A DNA stretch of 63,206 nt, filler included, from Octopus bimaculoides (GCF_001194135.2; 4 parts of 4 records of this genome joined end to end with filler, not necessarily neighbours in it); one strand, 5' to 3'; positions 23,391-37,663 are shown, counted from the first letter of the whole stretch. Notes: generated by a model not told the origin, from the letters alone. Made by a program: numbers and translations.

Positions 23391-25330
23391 TTACTGTCCT
23401 ATCCTCGTTTTTATAATAAAAGTGCCTTTAATACATGCTACGCTAGTCCAACAAACGAGGTGCAATATTAATGAATTTCAGAGAAACATTAAATTATACA
23501 AATATTCTGTTACTTACCAGCTTGGTTTAATAAATATATACCTCCTAGGCTGGAGTTATCCGTTCGCCAGTTTGCAGACGATACGTCATTATCGACAGCA
23601 ATGAAGTGTGGATCGTATATTCATACGTACGAGGACAATTTCGTAATGCACAGTAATTTCTATGAATTAATTAATTATATATAAGGAAATATTTCTCGCA
23701 TTGCTTGTCAAAATCACTCGTGCTGTCTCAGTCAAGCTGTATATAAATTAAAGTTAAGTGCCTAAATGCATATTTAATGCTTGGAATATTAACACACCAA
23801 AGTAGGATCACGTGGAGTTAAAGAAAACGCATACATCTTCATGAAAATCAAGTAGCACTAAAGACAAATTCGGATATTTACCATCCGAGTTAGGATTCTT
23901 CATTACAAGTGTAAGTGTACACTACAGTTTTGGCGAGGAGCTCCCGTAAATGTTTAGAAAATTGAGTATTTGTTAGCGAATAAACGTCGAGTGATTGCGC
24001 AGAGAAAACAAATGCATAGTAATGATGTATTTATGCATTTTTTAAACGAGTCTTTATCCCTAGGACTCATAATGGAAGTCAATATATCTAAGTTACCGAA
24101 ATCAGAACAATCCCCACCTCACTGACCTCCCGCCAGCGTGACGCCGATCCTTTGCAGGGTTGAGAGGGTCAGTACGTTTGAGAGAAAGGGACAAGTTAAT
24201 CATATTTACATACATTGGTACTTTTATTATTGTGGTGATAATTACTGTTATTATAACAACTCTCAGTTACTTCCATTATCTCGCCAGCCAGTCGAAAACG
24301 AGGCTTTGGAATAACAGTTCAATATGGACGGCTCCTGATCAGCAAGGTTCATGACTATAATAAGTAATGACAGGTACAATACCCTTCTTATTAGAAGAAT
24401 AAAGCCTATTTATGGCCTATCATTTTCAGTATTCTGTATTCAACAATCTCACCAGTTCGATAACCTGACTTACAACAATTATATCAATATCAAAGGGATG
24501 AAAACGAAAGTTGACCTCGGCAGAATTTGATCTGGTAACGTATGATTTATTTAAACGCAGCTTGAAGTAAATTCAATATAACTTAAATTATATTTCACAA
24601 TTATTTAATTATACATACGGTGATGTTTGTCTGAATGAAACAGCTGTTCAATACAATCGACTCAAAACTATCAACTCAATGTGAAATTTCTGTTTAACTT
24701 CTAAATAAAAGCCGTTTTCACCTAGGTGCGAATCAGTCCCACCCGGATTTAGTGCAATGTAATGGCTTGTTCGAGTTTAAAGACCTGTTATTAATTGAGA
24801 TCTTAGTTACCATAGATTTATTGTTTTGTGTAATGACTTGCATAATTATATTTTCAAGAAGTTCCGGGAGAGTCGGATGCAAATATGTTAATCGCTGCTA
24901 TGTAATTCAAAGGAGACGACTTGTTTTTACGATGGCTAAACACACACAGCTCCTTAGTAAAAGGATTTGGAGACAAGGGTGATTCGATATGACGTGTCTC
25001 ATCTGCCGGAATTTTCAGTCTAAAGAAAAGTCGATGGCTTTCTATATAGTTCCAGGAAGCAAACTATTTGCTGATCAACGCTGATATCTACCAACCAGTA
25101 AAACAGCGTTATTCGCTCTGTTCACAGCGAGAATTGAAAGTGTAACCCGCACATTTATTCTTAATACGTGCTGGCAGATTCGAACACAAATATGCTAATC
25201 ACCGTTGTATGTATCACAGTGATAAGCATAGATGTGTTGGAATGAGCCGGAATGTATTAACGGTAGAAATACTGGCCATTGCTTCCGATCTCGCATGCAC
25301 AATGCAAATAACGATTTTCATTGATTGATG

Positions 25331-25401
<71 letters not shown>

Positions 25402-25480
25402 AGAGAGAGAGAGAAACACAAATACATATGTGGTTCCCCAGAATGGCTGCAGTAGAATAACAGAAACAAGTAAAAGATTA

Positions 25481-25642
25481 GGCATGGCTGTGTGGTAAGA
25501 CGATTGCTTTCCGACCACGTGGTTCCTTGTTCAGTCCCACTGCATGGTACTTTGAGCAAGTGTCTTCTACTATAATCTCGCACTGACCAAAGCCTTATGA
25601 CCAGATTTGTTAGACACTAGCTGCAAAAAATCCCGTCTTATC
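25481..25642 (+). mobile_element. SINE family A, 5' half
   Basis: ggcatggctgtgtggtaaga...tcagtcccactgc...gagcaagtgtcttctactata. Confidence 0.75.
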
Positions 25643-25767
25643 TATTTATATATGTATATGTATATGTGTGTGTGTATGTATATATATANNNNNNNNNNNN
25701 NNNNNNNNNNNNNNNNNNNNNNNNNCCGATCTACATGCATACATACATACATACATACATACATACA

Positions 25768-25800
<33 letters not shown>

Positions 25801-26060
25801 TTATGTTTGTGTCTCTGCTTGTCTCCTCACTCACACACCACAATTATCTACTGTCAAAGAGAAAGTGTAACTGTAAAAATGCAGATTTATCGGAGTAACG
25901 GGCATTCCAAAAAGTATGTATGTATAGAAATGTATTCATGGAGAGATTCAAATTAACGAAATGCAATAATAATGTTTAGCAGTAAAAATTGTGAGTAGTG
26001 AAATGCAGAATTATGCCGGCTAATCGTAAGACACAGATATTGATCGCTTCGCTAAAAGCC

Positions 26061-26490
26061 GCAGGTGGCATGGGTTATTTCACTTGGGTTGTTTAAATAA
26101 AATATTAGTAATATCCCTTGGATCCATTGGATGGGCCCTACTATCAATTTTGTTCAACAATCTAAGTGTCATGTTGTTACCACACATAAGTTATACTCAC
26201 GTGTCAAATAAAGTAAAAAGATGATATTGTCTGCAAAAATTAGAAATTAGACACAAAGTAATCGAACATAAACAATGAAATGGGTTATTTCCCTTGAGTG
26301 TTTAAAAAAAAATATTGTGCAGGTGGTATGCTTTATTTCCGTTAGGTGTTTCAAAACATTTAGTTATATGAGGTAGATATAAATGTCCCTTCCAAGGGCC
26401 GTATTATCGACTTTTTTTCAACAATCTAAGTATGTCACGAGGCTTCCAGACATGTATTCTGCTCACGGGTCAAGTTTCATCAAAATCAAC
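26061..26490. repeat. Degenerate internally duplicated repeat
   Basis: gcaggtggYatg..ttattt..tgttt recurs at ~26061, ~26280 and ~26319; gggcc..tatc..ttttcaacaatctaagt..ctcacg.gtcaa recurs at ~26133 and ~26396. Confidence 0.5.
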
Positions 26491-26563
26491 AAAATGATGT
26501 AGGAGAAATTAACTAACGACGCCACAAGCAAACACACACGGATTTTTCCACATATGTAGTAGA

Positions 26564-26715
26564 TACAACGGACTTCTTCTAGTTTCCGTATACCAAGTCC
26601 AGTCACAAAGCTTTAGTGATTCGAGGCTATAGTAGAAGACAATTGCCCAAGTGCCACACTGTGGGACTGAACCTGGAACCATGTGGTTGAGAAGAAATCT
26701 TCTTAGCACACAACC
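26564..26715 (-). mobile_element. SINE family A, 5' half
   Basis: Reverse complement of the family A head and core. Confidence 0.75.
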
Positions 26716-26973
26716 GTTTAATATGGTAACGTCAGAAGTAAGCAAATACATGCGTGCACTTGTTTAGTTCTTTATACTGAGAAATAAAGCAATGTCTGTT
26801 AAATAAGCTTAATTATTATAATATTTAAGGTTATCTCTACAGTTATTCTATAGAAATTATACGAAGCACATCTTTTTGTTACTACGTTATACGAAGCATC
26901 AGAAACGCAGTAGCAAAAGTCAGTTCTGGCTATAATCTCTATTGAATATCTGTGGAGATAAACTTAATAGATA

Positions 26974-27389
26974 CCGTAATACCTCGACTATCGCGGGTGT
27001 TACGTTCGAAAACCTCCTACAGAAATAATTAATATCTAAAACACTATAAATACTGATGGGCTGCAGAAACCCGCGATATAGATTTACATATATTCTTTTC
27101 TCCTCAAGGCACAAGGCCCCAAATTTTGGTGGAGGGGACAGACGATTAGGTTGACCACAGTATGCTACTGGTACTCAATTGTTCGACCCCTGAAAGGATG
27201 AAAGGCAAAGTCGACGTCGGCAGAATTTGAACGCAGAACGTAAAGACAGACGAAATACCGCTAAACATTTCGCCCAGCGTTCCAAAGTTTTTGCCACTTC
27301 GCCGACTTAAATTTACATGTATTAACCAGAAAAATCTTCGATGTACCGAATGCACGATATTTGAACCGCGATATGATGAGGGATTATTG
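26974..27389. mobile_element. Tigger/pogo-like MITE interrupted by a family B SINE
   Basis: Left end ta|ccgtaatacctcgactatcgcgg; right end ccgcgatatgatgagggattattg|ta; TA TSDs at 26972 and 27390. Confidence 0.65.
27090..27310 (-). mobile_element. SINE family B
   Basis: Reverse complement of family B, flanked by an 8-bp direct repeat atttacat (27082 and 27311). Confidence 0.85.
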
Positions 27390-27732
27390 TAATGTAAAAG
27401 CGCACTGCTAACGCAGTACAACGCATTGTTGACTTATGAAATTGTTCAATATACTTTATAATATGTTATGTTTGCATAGCGAAATATCACGTACCTACAA
27501 GTCATTAATTCTTAAACTAAATTTTAAAAGATTTTGAATCTTCTTCAATGCATGTTCTGTTTTTACATACCTTATTTGAATACACAAATTGTCGTATAGT
27601 TACATATTTCTATGTGCCATTTACAGACATGACGCACTGTGAAATATCACAGTACAAAAAATGGGTCTACTTTAACTTTATGAAATGTCTGCTGGTGTCT
27701 TCAGATCTATATTGAAATCATAGATTTGATGA

Positions 27733-27948
27733 TAATCCTTTCTACTATAGGCACAAGAGCTGAAATTCGAGAAGGTGAACGGTCGCTTACATTGACCCAG
27801 ATGCTCAACTGATGCTTAATTCATCGTTCCTGACAGGATGAAAAGCAATGTCGACCTCGGTGGAATTGGAGTTCAGAACACGAAGACGGACGAAATACAG
27901 CTAAGCATTTTGCCCGGCTTCCTAACGATACTGCCAGCTCGCCGCCTT
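27733..27948 (-). mobile_element. SINE family B, near full length
   Basis: Reverse complement starts ggcggcgagctggcagtatcgttagg and ends gtgcctatagtagaaaggatta. Confidence 0.85.
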
Positions 27949-30084
27949 CGCTAACTTAACCCTTTGTTGGTCACATGGGGTGTGTTGTAACCCCAAACGT
28001 TTTTTTTTAAATGCTCGTAACTTCTAGTTAGCAATATTTTCCTGCTCTGTTATTCTACTCTTCTAACTCAATAAGGGTGTTTTGCAGGTGGTTGGTGAGG
28101 GACAGTCATTGCGCAGTAGTGAAACAGTCATCCCATGTGACTAATGTAGTTCAAGTTTTGATTTAACGCATATTGTAACGGGGATTGCTTGTTATGTTAT
28201 TTTTTAATGTTAATATTCTTCATGGATATTAAAAAATTCCAGAAAATGTTGTATTCTGTGGGTATTTTCAAAATAAATGTGATCTGAATCTAATAGTTTT
28301 TAGTTTCAACTTAATTTTATAATATGCTTTATTTATTGTTTTATATTAATATCAATCAGCTACAAGGATTTCAAACTTCTCAGCAGTCTTTGCGGATATA
28401 TCCTGAACCAACAGAATGAGTATATTATACATAATACTAAATCTACAAACATTTTTGTATTGGGTTGTGTAAGCACCTCGTGTGACTAACCACGATCGGA
28501 AAAGTCAGGTGACAGACGAAAGATTGAAAAAACGTATTCTGTCTTCCAAGCACTAATTCAGTGTTGTCTTAGATTTTCAGCAAGCTTCTGCAAAACATTA
28601 TAATTCACATAGTATTGCTGTATCACTTATCATTATTATTCTCAATTTTGCTATGGGGAAGGAGGCTAGGCATATCGTGTAGTACTCTATCTCGGCGTGT
28701 GTCTGTATAGTAAATTTCTAGAAGTGGTCCCATACCAATACGAAAAGGTTTTCTAATATATAAGGAATTGAAATTTTGTGACTAAGTACATATAGAGTAG
28801 CGGCTTTGCTATAGGGTTGAAATAAATTGTTACATATTCAGATATTCTGAAGTAAGTTATTTCGTGTAAACATTAGACATTTGTAATGGATTCAGCATTA
28901 TCAAATTCATTATCTTTTTCCAATGTCTAATATCGTTACAACGCTTGCTGTTGCACAGGATAGCGAAATGAGCGAAGAGCAGCAATGATAGAAAGCAGTA
29001 GTGAATATCATGCTGTAATTAGTAATGTGAATGATATGCCATAGGTAGTCACGCATTAATTAGTCTCGTCAATGTCATTGGTTAATTAGTTACGTGAATG
29101 TCAAGCAGAAATTAGTCACGAGACTGTCAAGCAGTAATTAGTTGTGTGAGTCGCCTTTAAACCCATTACATGCTGTGTGGCACATCGATACGCACTTGGA
29201 TTTTTCCAGTCGCATATTTCTGAGAAGAATCTGGTGACATTTCTCTTAATCCATCTCCATTTTCTGGAGGAAAAGACGATGTGAATGAGATTCCTCTTGA
29301 CCCTCAACACAACATGGCTGATTCTGATAACGCCAGTTTTTCACCAGTATTTATAGAACCCAGAATAATGGAAAGCAAAGTTGACTTTGCATTTTCTACT
29401 GCTAACTGGAGGATTCACTTAGAAAAACATCAGCGGAAATACTTGGACACATCCTGAAGGATTCCCCAAGTATTTCATTGTATTTTCTTGAGCTCTAGTT
29501 GACTAGCTTTTTCTCTGGAACAAGAGATGTGTTTAAAGTCAGGACATAATCCGAAACAGATACTGCTAACTTCCTGCTCGGATACACTATCATTCCATTA
29601 ATATATCACTCTGGAATGGTTATTCCTTTTTCTTTGTCGAACATCATTATTGATTCCCTTCTGAGGTTGAAGAATGCTTCATAATCCCTGAGAATCCATC
29701 TTGGCAATTCTAGAACCATAGCATTGCAAGATAGACGTCATAAAAGTAAAATACTCCCTTAGCGTGAAAAAATAATTCGCTCTTCTAATATATTTACTTG
29801 ATACAAAATACAATTCATGGCTACTAAAGGAATTGCTGCCAAAGTTGGTCCAATACAATAAATACACAAACAAATATTCTTGGTTGCAGATAATGGAGTA
29901 CTCAATATATGAATTTTGCTAATAACAGCTAGAAGCTAAGATTTTACAGCTGTTATTCCGAATTTTTAGTTAGCGTTTTCACCAAAATTTTATTATGCTT
30001 TATCTGTCAACTTTCACCTTTTGTTGATTTCCATGCTGGAGAGTTGGCATTGGGAATTGTTGCAAAGTTAAAAATTAGAATAGC

Positions 30085-30307
30085 CCTCGTTTCAAACTTT
30101 AACACAATGGCAGCAATTTCACGTTTTGGGTCGGTTGGTCTAGTCTATTACATCAACCCCAGTGTTCAATTGGTATTTATCCTATCGACCCTAAAATCCT
30201 AAAAGGCAAAGTCGACGTCGGAGGAATTTGAACTCAGAACGTAATGACAAACAAAATCCTGCTAAACAATTTGTCTGGCTTGCTAACGACTCTGCCAGCT
30301 CACCATC
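30085..30307 (-). mobile_element. SINE family B
   Basis: Reverse-complement head ggtgagctggcagagtcgttagc, B box gagttcaaattcc, central domain present. Confidence 0.8.
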
Positions 30308-31799
30308 TTACTGATTAGAATAATCTTGAAGGAAAATATAAATTTAAAAAAAGATAAATTATGATAACTATAAAAGGAGATTTCAGAAAGATGAATTGAA
30401 ATCATAAGAGATAAAATAAAAAACTAAGTAAAAAAAGTAACAAATGGAAACGTAAAATGAGAATGATTAAAAAGCAGTCTCGAATAAAGAAAAAGCAATT
30501 GAGAAAAGGAGTATCGGCTGGTGGAGAATAGTAGACAAAAAGGAAAGAGAAAATAGAAGATGGTTAGAATAAAAGGAATGAGATTTCTTAACTAGTGAAT
30601 GTAATTTATATCTTAGGGAGAAGTGGGACGATAAATATATATGTATACTCGTTCATTAGTGATTTATTTATCACTGATTGGATTAACACGGTATATATTC
30701 ATTTGTGAATCGCTTCGTCCTTATCACGAACTGATTTGATACCATGAGTCGGCGATCAGTCACGATTTCCGCTTGGACGGGAAAACCAGCGACCGACCAC
30801 AACGCTCGGGACAGCTTGGGGTCTAGAAATGAGATCTATTTTTCCAATATACTGTGTTATTCGTTTATCACTGATTCACTCACCAGTATTTTTCTTTATT
30901 TTAATGGGTTAGCAAGCACCAGTAATAAACGAGAATACACGTATCTATCGAAATGGAAATGATGGCAAGAGAAGGAAAATTACGTGAAAGTTTAGAAAGA
31001 AGAGATGAGTAGCAGATGGCAAAATATATATACAGGCGCTAATGTTGAAAATAATGGAGGAAAAGAAATCAGGAGAGGGAAAGATAGAATGATAGAGAGA
31101 GAGAGAGAGGTGAGAAGAGAGAGAAGAGAGAGAAGGAAGTAAAATGATAAAGACAGAGAAGGTAAGAATGAAATAGAAAAATAAATAAATATTAGCTATG
31201 CGCGAGAAACAACTGATCGGTACTTAAATGACAAAATAAAATAACATAAAAAAGATTGTACAAAGTTCAATAGAAAAATTCAAGTTTCTTTTCAAATTAT
31301 GACAAAAGATGGAACCAAAACGTCTACAGTTTTGCTTTTCACAGCACTTAGTTATGCCACAAAGATGCGATTTAGGAAATAAATCTCTAAAATTCAAAGA
31401 GCTTCCGAAATCTTTCGAATAATTTCAAAGAAATTCCATCTCTGAAGGAACAATAAATTCAACCTCGGGTTATAATAAAATTCTTTGATGGCGACATTTT
31501 GAAATGAGTTCGTTCCTAAATTTGAATCAATTCAATAGAGAAAGACGCCAATATGATGAATGTCTGAAACGTATAGAGATATCAGGTTTTAAAAGTTCCA
31601 AAATCTGAACACTGACCATGGTAAGTTAGTGCTTTTATTCTTCCGTGCCCTGACTATTACTCACGCACATATAGTGAATATACCCGTTGTTAGCCGTATC
31701 ATATCCAGCCGGTAATTTTCTTTGCCTAGTATTCTTGAGATGGTCTTTGCGATAGATTCCTCGAGCTTCTCTCACATAGGAGCGTATCAGAAATAACCC

Positions 31800-32080
31800 T
31801 CATTACACTTTCAGACTGGATTCCCAACCGTGATCAACTAAGACTATGAATATTATCCAAACATTTCGTTCTTGATGTACCACTAGGTCACCTTTAGGTT
31901 GTCTTTGCTTGAAGCATCCATCCTGCAGTTCTGTCCTGTTGCAATCTAATCGCATGTCGGTAGTACTAGACATATGCCCCTCAATACGAGAGGTAGTGGC
32001 TACACCTGAAGAGACAATTCGATCTCTAAGTGACGCATAACGTTGCTCTAGAGTTCCTTTGTTGGAACCCAACTTCAGTC
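31800..32080 (-). mobile_element. Possible highly degraded CR1-like LINE 3' fragment
   Basis: QRQPKGDLVV resembles the RRLRGDLI motif at the end of CR1 ORF2; similarity is weak and judged by eye only. Confidence 0.3.
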
Positions 32081-32439
32081 ACTTGTATTCGCAAAACCCT
32101 TTCATTCATTAATCAACTTTTATGATCATAGAAGATAGGCACGAAAACCGGATTGAAAAACAAAAAGGTATGACACGATAAAGCTAAATACATTTATTAG
32201 GGCCTGCTAACTTAACATTAGTACGACACGCCGATTTTTCTTATTCACTATTAAGGTAACAGGGGCAAATTTTGGTAGCTTTGAAAAGGAGTATTGGAGA
32301 TAATTTCATTTACCACAACATGCTTCCAGATCTGTCTACCGCCTCAATGATCTACATAGCATCTAGAGAAAAGAATTTCAGAGGCATAGGACTCTAAACG
32401 TTTCTCAAGTAGAATAATTATGAAATAATTAGTGTAGTA

Positions 32440-32960
32440 AATGCACACATAGAAAATACGCTGATGTAATGCACACTTCTTCCAAGACCTACCCCTATCC
32501 AGATGCCGCCATGAGGGTTGCAACTGAGGAACAATCGTCTTTATGCATGGTGCGAAAGAGTGTACATCAATTGACTTGGCTACATCAATTTTAGAGTCGA
32601 AGGCATTCCCACCGACATACAACACCATTACATCAACGGATCTAGAATGGCCACCAATGACATCCGCACAGATAAATTAAAACCCTTGCTAAATATTGGA
32701 GGACAGTTGCAACTCAATAACAGAACAAAAATTTCCTTTATGAGAGACTTTGTAGCATGCAATCAACCCCTATTCATAGAACGCACTAACACGCACCTAA
32801 AATCCAACATCGCAGTTTCAGAAATACACGTAACAAAGTATGGTATATTTTGAAGTGGACAGAGAAGACAGGGGTAATAGTGAACTCGTACATCCGTGAA
32901 GACATCACATCACAGGTGCTTTGGTCATACTCAAACTTAGCGCGTGACACTTCAACATCT
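32440..32960 (+). mobile_element. CR1/L2-like LINE fragment with start of the APE endonuclease domain
   Basis: LNIGG..NRTKI...THLKSNIAVSEIHVTKYGIF*S..RRQG..NSYIREDITSQVLWSYSN matches the APE N-terminal pattern; stops and frameshifts present. Confidence 0.6.
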
Positions 32961-33556
32961 TTTGCCGAACCGCTAGATTATGGGGAAGTAAACACACGCC
33001 AACATCGGTTGCCAAACGATGGCGGGGAACAAACACAGACACACAAATATATGTATATGTATATATATAAAGTGAAGTATATTGCCACTTAAATGTGGCT
33101 GACACCTAGGGGTGGATGTTACTGTTGCTTTTAGCCCCAGGAGGACATCTCCTCCAGCTGGCTTATGAGAGGGATAACTTCCCTTGGCAAAACAAACAGG
33201 ACACAGAAGTGTGTCGATAAGCCAGCTGGAGATGTCCTCCTGGAGCTAAAAGCAACAGTAACATCCACCCCTAGGGGTCAGCCACATTTAAGTGGCAATA
33301 TACTTCACTTTATCGTGCAGTTACTGTTAATACCTCATTTAGAGAATTAACATATATATATANNNNNNNNNNNNNNNNNNNNNNNNNNNNNNNNNATATA
33401 TACGACTCGCTTTATTCAGTTTCTTTCTCCCAAATCCACTCACAAGGGTTTGGTCGGCCCGAGGTTATAGTAGAAGTCACTCGCCGAAGATGCCACGCAG
33501 TGGGACTGAATCCGGAACCATGTGGTTGGTGAGCAAGCTTCTTACCACACAGCCAC
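32959..33556 (-). mobile_element. SINE family A with a MITE inserted in its central (TA)n
   Basis: Head and core at 33400-33556; 3' part (gcggttcggcaaaa reverse complement) at 32959-33060. Confidence 0.8.
33070..33310. mobile_element. Fold-back MITE with ~96-bp near-perfect inverted arms and TA TSD
   Basis: Arm aagtgaagtatattgccacttaaatgtggctgac.cctaggggtggatgttactgttgcttttagc.ccaggaggacatctcc(tcc)agctggcttat is mirrored with 2 substitutions and a 3-bp indel; ~50-bp spacer; TA at 33068 and 33311. Confidence 0.8.
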
Positions 33557-35061
33557 GTTTGTGACTATGCTAAAAATTTTAGACTTTGTAAATAAGAAAT
33601 CTTCTGAAATAATCCGTTCTAGTTTCACATGTAACCACATATTTTTCACATGTAACCACATTCATAATTAAAGAAATTCTCACATGGTTTTCATATGCAA
33701 CCAATGTACAGCACGTAAACGCTAAAATCTGTGTACACACATACACGTGCGCAATAACACACAGACAGATATCTATTTATACACCCACCTTACCGCAAAT
33801 ACAGATATCAGTTCGCATATATATTCGCACTGGCATATGTATGTGTAGTAAGGTGAGTATATGTATGCAATATATGTATATATGTAGTTATATATATATA
33901 CACATACATATATACATACATACATACACAAACACATATAGATATATGTTTAGATTACCACAAATTGAGACATATACATTATAAAACCTAGACGCGCACA
34001 ACATACAGATGTATGTACGAATATATATGGGAGTACGTATGTACTTATATATACGCATGTATATACATGTGAGTGTGTCGGTCTGCATCTGTATGTTTTT
34101 GTGTGTATGTGTTTGTGGGTTTTTCTCTGTGTGTATGCGTGCGCTTGTGTGTAAGCATACATTACAACAAACTTACCTTCCAACACTATTCATATACGCA
34201 CACATAAAAGATATACCTTTATATACCTGTTGTCCTGGCAACATTCCAGCATCACAGAAGTTGACATGATAAATAATATTTTGCACAATATGGCTTAACA
34301 TTCATTCGGGCGTTTGGGGTGAATACTGAGTGAAGTATGTATGACGGATTTTCCAAAGTGTTGGAAGCTGGCCTAGCTAGGATCAATAAGTTACCGCCTT
34401 TCTCCTTTTTCCATGTTGGCAAAGGTCAACTTTTTCTTTCTTTTTTTTTTTTCGGTTTATATCGAATGTTCGTGAAAGAAATGTCCCTAGAGTTTCACTA
34501 GAAATCCATTTGTTTCTATTATTGAACTTCGTTTCAGTGCCACTTGGGCAACCATCCTGGTAGCCATGATATTGTAAGAAACGTCTTGAGATTTATGTAC
34601 GTACATATTGTGCCCTATGAACACATACAACAACAATGATATTTGGGAAATCTCACAAAATTAAAATGTATTGCAAGGATTGAAAAGGTTTCACCTTGAC
34701 ATTTTAATCAAAACCGAACTTCTTCGGTTCTGTATGCTCTATGCCTTGTCTTGCAATGTTATGTTCTACTACGCTGGGATAAATATAACATGCATACGGT
34801 GTACAGATTAATACAGGTTTCGCAGTTCATTCTGCAACACACCGAATTACAAGGGAAATTATATATATATATATAAACTCAACATCAATCAATGTGTGTG
34901 ATAATTATATAAATATATTTGAGTACATGCACACTAGCAAACTCACAATATGCGCGTGTGCAAATCTACTTGTATACATACACGCTCACATACATGTGTG
35001 CGTATGTATGTGTGTATGTATGTATGTATGTATGCGTGTGTATGTATGTCTGCATGCATGT

Positions 35062-35104
<43 letters not shown>

Positions 35105-36195
35105 AGTTATTTATATATAAATAATAGATAGACATATATTTAGACACATTTAGATAGATAGATAGATAGATAGATAGATTGATAGATATACACTCGTTTC
35201 TTTATGCCGAACGAATGAGAACAGAGTGCTCAAGACGTATTGTACATGATATGGATGTTTATCTTTGTTATCTTGTAGCTGAATCTCAAAGATTGTTTCG
35301 TGACGAAAGTTAAAGTCATTTCTTCCCACGTACGTTTCACCACTGTAGTTACTTGTAAGTTTTCATCGGATGTCCTAAGCCTGGTTGAACGAGAAACAGC
35401 GACGTATCATCAAGGAACGCTTTATTGTATTTATAGTAATAATCACCCTTCTGCAGTTTGAACATACACGTGTGAGTATGTGTGGGGGGGGGGGATGTGC
35501 GTTTGTGTATGTATGTATATAATTTCAAACTTCCAGTGCCCTGCCTCATCATTTCCTGCAAGCAATAATTTTCTCTCTAGTGTAACTACCCTATACTGAT
35601 TACCATATTATACCATATTATAATATACAATATCATATCATATATATATATATATANNNNNNNNNNNNNNNNNNNNNNNNNNNNNNNNNNNNNNNNNNNN
35701 NNNNNNNNNNNNNNNNNNNNNNNNNNNNNNNNNNNNNNNNNNNNNNNNNNNNNNNNNNNNNNNNNNNNNNNNNNNNNNNNNNNNNNNNNNNNNNNNNNNN
35801 NNNNNNNNNNNNNNNNNNNNNNNNNNNNNNNNNNNNNNNNNNNNNNNNNNNNNNNNNNNNNNNNNNNNNNNNNNNNNNNNNNNNNNNNNNNNNNNNNNNN
35901 NNNNNNNNNNNNNNNNNNNNNNNNNNNNNNNNNNNNNNNNNNNNNNNNNNNNNNNNNNNNNNNNNNNNNNNNNNNNNNNNNNNNNNNNNNNNNNNNNNNN
36001 NNNNNNNNNNNNNNNNNNNNNNNNNNNNNNNNNNNNNNNNNNNNNNNNNNNNNNNNNNNNNNNNNNNNNNNNNNNNNNNNNNNNNNNNNNNNNNNNNNNN
36101 NNNNNNNNNNNNNNNNNNNNNNNNNNNNNNNNNNNNNNNNNNNNNNNNNNNNNNNNNNNNNNNNNNNNNNNNNNNNNNNNNNNNNNNNNNNNNNN

Positions 36196-36226
<31 letters not shown>

Positions 36227-36650
36227 CATATATATATACATGCATACACCAGATTATATACCAGAGTATCCATAGTATTCAAACGGTAGCTTCCCAATTG
36301 TTGATATTATAGTTCCTACTGGTACGACGAATATTTCGTATGCCGTGTGTAATAAAGTAAAGTCTTCAGACACTTCAATACATTTTATCGTGATTAAATT
36401 AAATGTTACTCAGCAATGTAGCTTTTTCACTTTAATGTTTCCTTAACTGTATATCAGAGGAGGGGAAACACCCTCTACCTTTGTTCTCTACCTCGCATAA
36501 AAGATATGCCTTACAAGACAGCATCTTCATCGTGTGTAACTGCTGTTTACACAGCATGCACTCTGCGCTTATAGATCTATATTTAACGCGTTTGTAATAA
36601 AGCATTCGTCATTTTAGTTATGTATAAGTGCTTATTATTAAATGGGGGAA

Positions 36651-36870
36651 AGGTGGCGCAGTTGTAGGTGTCATTAGCACGATGGGCAATGTCTTTATTG
36701 GAATAACGTCTAGCATTACATGCTGAGCTCAAAATCAGCTAAGGCCATCATCGGCTTTCATCCTTTCGAGAACGATAAAATAAGTACTAGTTGAGCGCTG
36801 GGGTCGAGATAATAGACTAGGCCCTTCCTCCCAAATATCACAGGCACAATGCCTGTAGTAGAAAGGATTA
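36651..36870 (+). mobile_element. SINE family B (degraded)
   Basis: ggctttcatcctttcgag.acgataaaataagtactagttgagcgctggggtcga and the family B tail. Confidence 0.75.
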
Positions 36871-36935
36871 TGTAAAGGAAAAATAATGTTCGTAAGAACT
36901 AGTCAAGAAATGGGTCAGTTTAACACACTGCTCCC

Positions 36936-36971
<36 letters not shown>

Positions 36972-36984
36972 AATAATATATGAA

Positions 36985-37505
36985 TATATGTATATATCCA
37001 TACATATATGTACATACCTACATATGAATGTATATATACATGCATATATGGGTACAGGACATAACAAGGACATAAAAAGAAAAGAAACGTTAAACACAAT
37101 GAGAAACGAAAACAGAAAACGAACTTTTTTTCGAACAACGAAAACAAACAGAAAAACGAGACATGCAACATAAAGATATACCCCTTCGTCAGTTGTCCCT
37201 GTTTCATCTACTCCGCGTTTCGAAGGCAGGTACAATACGCGATTTCGATGAAACAGTCCTTCCCGCAAAGCAAATTAAATAAAATTTGGGATTTTTTGTG
37301 GATGGTGAATGTGTTAACAAGAACAGGACAGTAAAAACAAAGGGTAGGGGATGTTAAGCCAAGACGATAGAAAAATTATTATGAACGCTAGGTAGACGAA
37401 CCATGAAAGGAGACAGATGAGGCACGTCTTTTCTTTAAGGAAGTAAATGGACGGAAAGATAGATCCCCTTTCGTCACGTCTCTGTGACGAGATAGTCAAG
37501 GAGGA
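36985..37505 (-). repeat. Unclassified interspersed repeat family D (possibly PLE-derived)
   Basis: Reverse complement aligns with 48793-49330. A partial tandem copy lies at ~37730-37890 and a related piece at 55760-55960 (gtcctgtaccca.atatgca). Confidence 0.7.
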
Positions 37506-37564
37506 GAGAAGAATGAGGAGAAGGGTGGGAGAGAAAACAGAAAGGATGAAGAACAAGAGAGGGA

Positions 37565-37663
37565 GAGAGATAGAGAGAGAAGAGATAGAGAGAGAAGAGA
37601 TAGAGAGAGAAGAGATAGAGAGAGAAGAGATAGAGAGAGAAGAGATAGAGAGAGAAGAGATAG
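37565..37663. repeat. 15-bp minisatellite (gagagaagagataga), ~6-7 copies
   Basis: Direct reading; it explains the EREEI repeat ORF. Confidence 0.9.

Noticed and set aside
27957-28000. piggyBac-like end (TTAA|CCCTTT)
   Set aside because: No matching right end or transposase found.
29116-30962. Several acceptor/donor-like sites with short frames on the minus strand
   Set aside because: Frames close quickly or phases are incompatible, and there is no homology I can recognise.
34538-34573. 36-nt candidate exon (tttcag|...|gtaaga) reading ATWATILVAMI
   Set aside because: Splice signals alone are common, and no partner exon or recognisable protein was found.
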